A stretch of 25,628 bases of DNA from Promethearchaeota archaeon (GTDB taxonomy: Archaea; Asgardarchaeota; Lokiarchaeia; Sigyniarchaeales; SOKP01), in contig JBHLOC010000057.1 in assembly GCA_048940925.1 (NCBI GenBank), forward strand, positions 1 to 25,628, given 5' to 3'. Below the pieces are notes generated by a model that worked only from the letters and a program-made list of their open reading frames with translations, made no database searches and had not been told where the DNA came from. Position numbers and translations under genes: made by a program. Shown here in pieces: positions 7,664-15,569 of this stretch (its first letter is position 1; every line of letters begins with the position of its first letter).

Positions 7664-9049
7664 TTGGCGGAAAAAAAGCTTTTTGAAGTTTTTGTAAATA
7701 AATTAGAATTTACTCTTGCTGACTATTTAATTGCATCCACAGAAGCTGAGCTTTCAGATTTTCAGAAAAAAGCGATTGAAAGTGCAACTTTAATTATGAA
7801 AGATAATATCGTAGAAGAAATTAAAGCATTTGGAGGTAGTTTAAAGATAAATGAGGAAAAGTTTAAGGAACTTGAAAAAAATGCTTCTGAAGAATTAGAA
7901 AACGAAGATTATGAGGATCTTAAAAAGGAACTAAAGGGTTATGTTAAAAAACTACGAGATTTAATCGAAAAAACATGTGTTGTAATAATCCCAGTAAAAG
8001 AAATGCCTTGGATGAACGTAATGTTTCGCACAGTACCTCGTATTATCTTTAATAAGAAATTAGAATTGTTAGATAATGCTATAGCATATTATGGTGAAAT
8101 TAAATGCCCTATCTCAAGACCTGTTATTTTTGGTAAAATAAAAGGAGAAAAACCTTTATTTGCTCCTATAACTGGAAGTCTAGATTTAGGCGGCTATAAA
8201 ATTGATGAATCTCAGAAAATTCCCAAATCAGAAATACATTCTTTTGTGAGTGCAGTTATAGATTCATTAGATTCCATTCTTAACCGAAATCAGCTTGCAA
8301 AATATCATGAAGAATTTCAAAGACATGGGGATCCAATTTGCGATTTTCTAATGAGGAACGATGAATTAATGAAAGCAATGGAAAGAATCACTTCAGGGTT
8401 GGAATCAAATCGACTTACTTCCGATATTGCTGCGTTTGCTATAGCAGTTCCTATCCCAGAAGATAATACCACATTATTATTAGTAATTGATGAGGGAGCA
8501 GACCCTAATAAATACTCTAGGTGTTTTGAAGCTCTTCTTAGATTTTCTGCTGAATGTTGTAATGCACCCTCTACTACTACGACCGTTCCTATTCAGGTTC
8601 CAGGAGCTATGCGGACTCCAAGTAGTCCAGAAATTAAAGTTTGGACCGCTGAAGAACTTGCTGAGGAAGCGCAAAAAAGAATGAGTGCTCAGCCAGATAT
8701 GCCCGCATGGACAGAAGAAGATTTATCTAAATTTGCTGCTGAACGAGGGACAGGATTACCAGCCGGTATGGAGGTATGGACAGAAGAAGAATTACAAGAT
8801 TTAGCACGAAAGAGACAAGGGGGTTTAGATATTCCTGAATGGGAAGCAGATAAAGAAATGAAAGAATGTGTTAAATGTGGGTATTCTCTACGTCCAGGAT
8901 GGAGTAAATGTCCAATTTGTGATACTCCTGTGGATGCTAAAATTGAACCAGAGCCAATTCCTGAACAAAAACAAGAATCAAAGGAAGAGGACCATGAAGA
9001 ACCAACAGATAAATCTTCTGATAATATTGAAAAAGAAGAGGATAAATAA
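7664..9049 (+). CDS. Hypothetical protein: ~300-aa unknown domain + four Trp-anchored acidic repeats + zinc ribbon + acidic tail
   Basis: 461-aa ORF with a TTG start. Repeats VWTAEEL, AWTEEDL, VWTEEEL and EWEADKEM, then CVKCG-x9-CPICD and an E/D-rich C-terminus. Confidence 0.85.
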   Translation: MAEKKLFEVFVNKLEFTLADYLIASTEAELSDFQKKAIESATLIMKDNIVEEIKAFGGSLKINEEKFKELEKNASEELENEDYEDLKKELKGYVKKLRDLIEKTCVVIIPVKEMPWMNVMFRTVPRIIFNKKLELLDNAIAYYGEIKCPISRPVIFGKIKGEKPLFAPITGSLDLGGYKIDESQKIPKSEIHSFVSAVIDSLDSILNRNQLAKYHEEFQRHGDPICDFLMRNDELMKAMERITSGLESNRLTSDIAAFAIAVPIPEDNTTLLLVIDEGADPNKYSRCFEALLRFSAECCNAPSTTTTVPIQVPGAMRTPSSPEIKVWTAEELAEEAQKRMSAQPDMPAWTEEDLSKFAAERGTGLPAGMEVWTEEELQDLARKRQGGLDIPEWEADKEMKECVKCGYSLRPGWSKCPICDTPVDAKIEPEPIPEQKQESKEEDHEEPTDKSSDNIEKEEDK

Positions 9050-9132
9050 CACTACTTTATATAATTTTCATATACTTATTTTTTAGATCAATTTAAAAAT
9101 ACCAAAAGCATAATAATCTTTTATATACTAAA

Positions 9133-9168
9133 CCGAAAACTTTAAAAGCAAGAAGATTTAAGAAGATT
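9133..9168 (+). promoter_or_regulatory. BRE-TATA promoter followed by a tandem AAGAAGATT direct repeat
   Basis: CCGAAAAC-TTTAAAAG at 9133-9148. AAGAAGATT occurs at 9150-9158 and 9160-9168. Confidence 0.55.
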
Positions 9169-9232
9169 CCAAATATTTTTTAAGAATTTTTTATTTTCAA
9201 ACTTATAAGAATTATGAAATTTGGATTTTTAA

Positions 9233-10249
9233 TTGTTACAAAATATATTTCTATTTAAGGGTACGAAGTTACAAAATTTAAAAGATTTAGAGATATATTG
9301 CTATCCAAATGAAATAATCAAAAATACCAATGAAGACCTTATAAAAGACATTATTCTTAGTCATAATAAAGGAGAATTAAATTATAACAATAAATCCTAT
9401 TCATATTGTAATAATCACAATCATTATAAAATTGACATTCCTGTTGCCCAAATAACTAAAAAATTAAATTTATACACGTCATGTATTAACGGAAACATTC
9501 TCATAGGATTAATATTTGATAAAGAAGATAATCCTTATGATTACAAACTTATCTTTGAAGAACAATTGAACGAATTATTAAATAATGGAGAAGGTTATTC
9601 ATTTGAGGATGAAATTGAGATCGATAATTTTTTAATATCAATTTTTATTGATATTCGCAGGTTTGGAGACGAAGTCATAGAAAAACCATCCGAAATAGAA
9701 TATTACTATCAAAAAGAAACTTTTTTCAAAGTGTTTCTCTTTGGTATTGATGAAGTAGGGAAGTCAAGTTTAGTAAGACGATTAAAAACAGGGGAATTTA
9801 ACGAAAATTTTTTTACGCCTACAAGGAAATTTAATATCGAATATATTCCAGTTGAAGAAAAAGGTTCCCTGTTAGCTGTGTGGGATATGCCTGGCCAAAA
9901 ACTCTTCAGATCAAAATGGCTTAAAGGTCTTCAAGATTCTAACATACTCGTCTACATGATTGATATTGCAAACCAAAGAAGATTTGAAGAATCAAAACAA
10001 GAATTTTGGGATATAATAAACAGAAGTGAGTTGGATGGAGTTCCTTTAGTAATTATAGGAAATAAAATCGATCTATTCAAATATTCAGATAATGAATATG
10101 AAGATCAGCTTCAATCTTTAAAGGAAGAACTTTTTAAGTATTTTGATTTTAAAAAAATTAAAAATAGAGAATGGTTCTTCCTCTTTACCTCAGTTAAAAC
10201 TAACTTCAATATGGAGACTTTAATAGAAACGATTTTTGATTTAATCTAG
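9233..10249 (+). CDS. Arf-like small GTPase with N-terminal longin/uDENN-like domain
   Basis: The C-terminal half has intact GIDEVGKSS, FTPT..FNIE, WDMPGQ, GNKID and TSVK. The N-terminal ~150 aa follow a beta-beta-alpha-beta-beta-beta-alpha-like pattern (NIFLF, EIYCYP, LNLYTS, ILIGLIF, DNPYDY). The domain name is inferred. Confidence 0.85.
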   Translation: MLQNIFLFKGTKLQNLKDLEIYCYPNEIIKNTNEDLIKDIILSHNKGELNYNNKSYSYCNNHNHYKIDIPVAQITKKLNLYTSCINGNILIGLIFDKEDNPYDYKLIFEEQLNELLNNGEGYSFEDEIEIDNFLISIFIDIRRFGDEVIEKPSEIEYYYQKETFFKVFLFGIDEVGKSSLVRRLKTGEFNENFFTPTRKFNIEYIPVEEKGSLLAVWDMPGQKLFRSKWLKGLQDSNILVYMIDIANQRRFEESKQEFWDIINRSELDGVPLVIIGNKIDLFKYSDNEYEDQLQSLKEELFKYFDFKKIKNREWFFLFTSVKTNFNMETLIETIFDLI

Positions 10250-10370
10250 TGAGAAAATAAAGTATTAGCTTAAATTAAAAATCATTTAATCATTAAATTT
10301 AAATATCTCGTCATTAATTTCTATTATAAGTATTTATAATTCATTTTGCTTATAAAATTGGGGAAATAAT

Positions 10371-10964
10371 ATGGAAAAAAGATTAAAAAAAGAGCTCCAG
10401 ATATTAATTGATGAAAAAACAGGACAACTGTATTTTGGAAATAAAAAGAAAGATTTACGTCTATTAATGTTAAGACCTATCGATTTAATCGAATTTTCCG
10501 AATTTGCTGGAACAAATGCAGATGATATTCTTATTTGGGTTGGTAAGTCATTAGGACGTTCCTTTATAGAAAAATTCTTTTATAATAAAGATTGGAACAC
10601 TGAAACTATGGCCACAAAAAAAGAAGTCATTTTAGGTGTCCTTGAAGCTATGGAACTTATGGGTTTTGGACATTTAACAGCAATTTTTAAAAAAAATTAT
10701 ATTCTAATAGATGTAGAAGATTCGCTTGCTAGTGACGAACGTGATAATATAATGGCAAAAAACTTATGTCTTATTTATCAGGGAATATTAAATGGGACAT
10801 TTGAAATCTTAAATATTGATGTTGACGGTGAGGAAATTGAATGTGTTCTTCTTGGTGGTCAAAAATGTGTGTATAGATTTAACTTTATTGGTGAAGAATT
10901 AGATGATAACTTAGTTGATGAGCTTCCAGAAGAATCCGTATCTGAATTCCTCTCAACACTTTAA
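10371..10964 (+). CDS. V4R (4-vinyl reductase / Bet3-TRAPP-related fold) domain protein
   Basis: RLLML, WVGKSLGR, MGFG and C133-x4-GILNG..E155-xx-C158-x7-C166 (V4R Zn site), plus an acidic tail. Confidence 0.85.
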   Translation: MEKRLKKELQILIDEKTGQLYFGNKKKDLRLLMLRPIDLIEFSEFAGTNADDILIWVGKSLGRSFIEKFFYNKDWNTETMATKKEVILGVLEAMELMGFGHLTAIFKKNYILIDVEDSLASDERDNIMAKNLCLIYQGILNGTFEILNIDVDGEEIECVLLGGQKCVYRFNFIGEELDDNLVDELPEESVSEFLSTL

Positions 10965-11100
10965 TTCTGAATTTGTTTAAAATAATTTTAATCCTTTCTA
11001 ACTAATCTCCCAAAATCTTTATATCAATTCCATCTATTTCCCACACTCTGGAAGGTAAGATCCTAATTTAGATTTTAATATGATATGCTCATTTTAAAGT

Positions 11101-11116
11101 GTGTGAAGCTTCACAC
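11101..11116. promoter_or_regulatory. Perfect 16-bp palindrome GTGTGAAGCTTCACAC upstream of cdhA
   Basis: Self-complementary 16-mer, separated by 8 nt from TATAAATA (11125-11132) and about 155 nt upstream of the cdhA ATG. Confidence 0.6.
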
Positions 11117-11270
11117 TAATTTTCTATAAATAAGTCGTGAATAAGCGTTTTAAAAGTAAATCAATAGCTTTTATTTTGTTAGATTATTTATTACAAATAT
11201 AATTAAAAGATTTTGATATAAAGATAAAAAAAAAATATATCAACAAATAATATTAGAATAGTGAATTAAT

Positions 11271-13616
11271 ATGGAAAAAAGAGGAGCAAAACTCAAGATT
11301 GATGAGTATAAAGGACCTCTTGGAACAATTAAAGGATTCGAACTGACTACTGGAAAAGTTTCTTACGGAGATGAGACGGAATGGGAGCCGATGGGACCTC
11401 ATCCTCAACCCCATATTCCTACCTTACGGAGCTGGTTTTTCAAATTGATGGATAGATATAAACCGTTCTATATGCCTATATGCGATATGTGTTGTTTATG
11501 TACATACGGAAAATGTAATCTTTCAAAAGGTAGGACAGGAGCTTGTGGAATTAATATGGAAACTCAGCAATCTAGAATTGTTGAAATTGCTTGTTGTATC
11601 GGAGCTGCGTGTCATTCTGCTCATGGTGATCATCTTCTACATTGGTTAAAAGAAAAATACGGAAATGTACCAATTAATTTCGGAAATAATATCGCAGTAG
11701 AGATGCCCCATACACGATTAGTCGTAGGTATGAAACCTGAAACATTAGAAGACTTAGAAACTGCAATGGAATGGGTTCATTATACTATAACTCACTTACT
11801 TGCTGCTGGTCATACTGGTCAAGAATCAAATTATCTCGATTATGAATCAAAAAGTTTTTTAGCAGGCTTAGCTGATTCAGTTGGTATGGAAATTTCTGAT
11901 GCCGTCCAAATTGCAGCATATGGATTCCCTATGGGTGATCCTGACGTTCCTATTGTAGAATTGGGGATGGGAACACTTGATACAAGCAAAGCAGTAATTT
12001 TAATGATTGGCCACAATGTAGCACCTGGTGTTGAGTTAGTCGACTATATAAGAGAAAAAGGTATCGATGAAAAGGTCGATGTTGGCGCAATTTGTTGTAC
12101 TGCCCATGATTTAACAAGATATTATGATGGTGCTAAGATAGTAGGATCAATGTCAAGACAACTTCATATGATTCGATCTGGGATTCCAGATGTAGTTATG
12201 GTTGATGAACAATGTGTAAATCTAAGATCTTTTGAGCAAGCTCAATTAATTGGAGCTCCATTTATTGCTACAAATGAAAAGAATATGAGTGGACTACCTA
12301 ATAGAACTGATGATCCTGTTAACGAGATTGTTGATGATTTAGTTAGTGGAAAGGAACCGGGAGTTCTTATTTTAGATCCAATTAAAGCTGGAGCGGTCGC
12401 CGCAGAAACAGCAATAAAAGTAAAACCCATTAGAAAAGCTAAAAGCGGAGTTCCTGATGAACAAGGATGTATAGATATGGCAATGAATTGTAATGGCTGT
12501 GGTAACTGTCAAAGAAATTGTCCAAACGATCTACCTCTTGTAGAGGGAGTAAATTTAGCAAAAGAAGGAGACTTTTCATTATTAGGAGATGTTTTTGATG
12601 ATTGTCTAGGTTGTGGTCGATGTGAAGGAGATTGTATGAAAGGTGTATCACCACTAACTCTAATTCAGTATGCTGCGAGAGAAAAGATTAGGAATGAGAA
12701 ATTTAATTGTCGGGCAGGACGTGGCCCTATAATGGATACTGAAATCAGAAATGTAGGAGCTCCAATTGTTCTTGGGGAAATTCCCGGAATTGTTGCTATA
12801 ATTGGGTGTGCGAGTTATGCGCATGAAATCCAAGAATTATATAAAATGGCAGAAGAATTTTTAAAAAGAAATTATATTGTGGTCGTATCTGGTTGCGGAG
12901 CGATGGATATTGGACTTGTAAAAAATGAAGAGGGTAAAACATTATATGATAGGTTTCCAGGTGATTTTGATAGAGGTGGTTTAGTAAATGTTGGAAGCTG
13001 TGTTAGCAATCCTCATATAACAGGTGCAGCAATTAAAGTTGCAAATATTTTTGCTCGAAGACCATTACGTGGGAATTTTGAAGAAATAGCTGATTATATA
13101 TTGAACAGAGTTGGCGCTGTAGGTGTAGCGTGGGGCGCTATGTCTCAGAAAGCTGCAAGTATCGCTAGTATGGCAAATGGTTTAGGTGTTCCTGCAGTAT
13201 GTGGACCACATGCAGCAGAGTATAGAAGAATGTACATTGGAAGATCTGATGATGAAGAAGTATGGAAAGTCTTTAATGCCAGAGACGGATCTTCTGATCA
13301 TCTAGTTGGTCCTGGTCCAGAACATTTATTAACAACCGCAGAAAGTATTGAGCAAGCCATTTGTCTAGTTGCTAAATTAGCAATAAGACCTGCTGATAAC
13401 TCTAAAGGTCGAATGATAAAACTCTCTCACTGGATTGATTTAGAACGAAAATATAAGGGCGTCAAATTCCCGAATGATTTAGAGAAATTCATCCGACAGG
13501 AAGCAGATATTCCTATTAACATGAAAGATGAAATTATGGAATATTTAGAAGAAAAAGGCTGGCAACCAAAAGAGATTGTCGATCCAACACTTTTAAAAAG
13601 ACTGTGTCGAACTTAA
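11271..13616 (+). CDS. cdhA: Acetyl-CoA decarbonylase/synthase complex alpha subunit (archaeal Ni-CODH)
   Basis: CDMCCLCTYGKC..GACG (B/D clusters) and HSAHGDH. C-cluster ligand motifs GHN, ICCT, DEQC, IIGC, SGC and GSC. A 2x[4Fe-4S] insert (CNGCGNCQRNCP, CLGCGRCEGDC), WGAMSQKA and a C-terminal DPT. Confidence 0.97.
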   Translation: MEKRGAKLKIDEYKGPLGTIKGFELTTGKVSYGDETEWEPMGPHPQPHIPTLRSWFFKLMDRYKPFYMPICDMCCLCTYGKCNLSKGRTGACGINMETQQSRIVEIACCIGAACHSAHGDHLLHWLKEKYGNVPINFGNNIAVEMPHTRLVVGMKPETLEDLETAMEWVHYTITHLLAAGHTGQESNYLDYESKSFLAGLADSVGMEISDAVQIAAYGFPMGDPDVPIVELGMGTLDTSKAVILMIGHNVAPGVELVDYIREKGIDEKVDVGAICCTAHDLTRYYDGAKIVGSMSRQLHMIRSGIPDVVMVDEQCVNLRSFEQAQLIGAPFIATNEKNMSGLPNRTDDPVNEIVDDLVSGKEPGVLILDPIKAGAVAAETAIKVKPIRKAKSGVPDEQGCIDMAMNCNGCGNCQRNCPNDLPLVEGVNLAKEGDFSLLGDVFDDCLGCGRCEGDCMKGVSPLTLIQYAAREKIRNEKFNCRAGRGPIMDTEIRNVGAPIVLGEIPGIVAIIGCASYAHEIQELYKMAEEFLKRNYIVVVSGCGAMDIGLVKNEEGKTLYDRFPGDFDRGGLVNVGSCVSNPHITGAAIKVANIFARRPLRGNFEEIADYILNRVGAVGVAWGAMSQKAASIASMANGLGVPAVCGPHAAEYRRMYIGRSDDEEVWKVFNARDGSSDHLVGPGPEHLLTTAESIEQAICLVAKLAIRPADNSKGRMIKLSHWIDLERKYKGVKFPNDLEKFIRQEADIPINMKDEIMEYLEEKGWQPKEIVDPTLLKRLCRT

Positions 13617-13625
13617 TTTAATATA

Positions 13626-13644
13626 TTTTTTTTATTTTTCTTTT
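13626..13644 (+). terminator. Oligo-T terminator after cdhA
   Basis: T8-A-T5-C-T4 begins 10 nt after the stop codon, and the next gene is convergent. Confidence 0.55.
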
Positions 13645-13665
13645 CTATAACTTATTTTTAATAGA

Positions 13666-14934
13666 TTAGATCCGATGATTTTCTAATTCTGAAGTTAACC
13701 AAGCAATTCTAAACAAATCATCATCTGAAATTAATTTTTCTATTACATTGTGACTAAATTGATTATAAAAAACAGGTTCCACGAATTTTAGTTCTTCGGA
13801 ATAAGGTTTTATCAAATTTCTCTGTAAAGAAGTGTCGGTTCTAATTAGATTCGCTAATTCGGTGTGTTCATATACTCTAAAGTAAGAATCAATGCTTATT
13901 GTCGTAGGTCGATGAGTTTTAAAAAAATTTATCATATTTTTAACAGATTCAAGTGATTCGTATGGGTAACCGACCAATAAATTAATTGCTAACTCTAACT
14001 CATATTCTCTACAAAAATCAATAATTTTCTCTAAATCGTTATATGTATAATTATTTGAATCTTGAATTTTTTTATCACTGGCAACATCAATAGAAATTCT
14101 ATAAGCATTAGTTTCATATAGTAATCTAAATAATTCTTTATTATAAGGATAAGGTTTCATAAAAAGCTGCCATTTTAAAGGAAGATTAGCCTCGATCAAT
14201 GCTTTACAAAACTCGATTGAAAAGTCTAAATCTGAGTTAAACTCATCATCACATAAATGAAAGTGAGTATACCCCTGGTTAACAATATATTTTAATTCCT
14301 CTATAATATTTCGGACCTTTTTGTACCAAGTTTGTGTACCAGCATTAATACAGTACGGACATTGTCCTAAACATCCTTTATGTGTTTCAAATCCAACAGT
14401 CTTAGTGAGAGATAAATATTTCATGTAATCAAACTTTTTTCCGCGTAAATGAATCAACTTAAGGTCATGATAATATTGCCAACCATCATAAATTTTTTTT
14501 GTTAATTGCCTAGATTGTAATAATTCTAAAAAATGGGGAAAAATTGCCTCACCAGGTCCTAATATCCCATAATCCCCATCGAGATAATCTAAGATTTCAA
14601 TTGGCATAGCAGAAAATCCAGAGCCACCAAGAAGTACGGGAATGTTGCGGTTTTTAACACATTGAACTAACTGTTTAATAGAAGGTAAAAAAAATTCATT
14701 ATTGAAATAACCTAAAGAATCTATGTTACGAATTGAGAAACCCACAAGATCGTAAAATTTTTTATTTAGGGTTTTAGTTAACATATCTCCTGGCGATTCA
14801 TAAAAACATAAATCTAATATATCAACATTATGACTATGTTTCTCTAACACAGTAATAAGATACTCTAAACCAATTGGGATTACTGGTGGATTTATAAATC
14901 TATTTGGATTCACTAATAATATATTAAAACCCAT
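13666..14934 (-). CDS. Cobalamin-binding radical SAM protein (resembles the TsrM / lipid-biosynthesis-type subgroup)
   Basis: ILLVNPN...PPVIPIGLEYL, VGFSIRNID, LGGSGFS, GPGE, ETHKGCLGQCPYC (CxxxCxxC), CDDEFN and LLVGYPYES. Confidence 0.88.
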   Translation of the reverse strand: MGFNILLVNPNRFINPPVIPIGLEYLITVLEKHSHNVDILDLCFYESPGDMLTKTLNKKFYDLVGFSIRNIDSLGYFNNEFFLPSIKQLVQCVKNRNIPVLLGGSGFSAMPIEILDYLDGDYGILGPGEAIFPHFLELLQSRQLTKKIYDGWQYYHDLKLIHLRGKKFDYMKYLSLTKTVGFETHKGCLGQCPYCINAGTQTWYKKVRNIIEELKYIVNQGYTHFHLCDDEFNSDLDFSIEFCKALIEANLPLKWQLFMKPYPYNKELFRLLYETNAYRISIDVASDKKIQDSNNYTYNDLEKIIDFCREYELELAINLLVGYPYESLESVKNMINFFKTHRPTTISIDSYFRVYEHTELANLIRTDTSLQRNLIKPYSEELKFVEPVFYNQFSHNVIEKLISDDDLFRIAWLTSELENHRI

Positions 14935-15274
14935 ATTTCTTCAGTTTTAATCCATTGCTCATTTTATTTTAAGGAAATACTCTTATATTCTATATGAATA
15001 TTTAATAAAAATAAATCTATGGAATCTTTATTTAATTTCAAAATTGAGGTAAAGAGGTTCATTTCTGGTTAATATATAACTATCTGGGGAAAGTTTCTTA
15101 TATAATTCTTTTTTGAAGTTTATATCGCTTTTATTCTTTATCAATCCTAAAGTAGTTAAAATAATTCAATAATTTTAGGTCATTCAAATCTATTTAAATA
15201 GAAAAACTAAAAAATAATGCTGTATAGAATTGTTTAATTTGTGAACTAATTTAACATTAAAGATATGATAAATT

Positions 15275-15487
15275 TTGGATAAGCAAGATAAAGATGTATT
15301 AAAGTTATCAAAATTGTGTAAACATTGGGCTGATCATAATGATTCCCATAAAGAGAGTTTTTTAAAGTGGAGAGATCTTGCAAGAAATAGAGGATTAGTT
15401 TCAGTCGCTGAGAATTTAACTAATGCCATTGAGATGTTAGATAAATGCAATGAATATTTACTTAAAGCTTATAATGATTTGGAATAA
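15275..15487 (+). CDS. Small helical His-rich (HWxxHNxxH) putative metal-binding protein
   Basis: LCKHWADHNDSHKESFLKW..LA..A.NL..AIE.L, 70 aa, TTG start, all-helical pattern. Confidence 0.75.
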   Translation: MDKQDKDVLKLSKLCKHWADHNDSHKESFLKWRDLARNRGLVSVAENLTNAIEMLDKCNEYLLKAYNDLE

Positions 15488-15569
15488 CTTTTTAGAATCT
15501 TCCTTTATATAATTTATAATAAAAATTAATGAAAAGAAAATAACATTTCTATATACTTGAAAAATATAT

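Noticed and set aside
10323-10340. Inverted repeat ATTATAA-N4-TTATAAT upstream of V4R
   Set aside because: A/T-only arms are expected by chance at this base composition.
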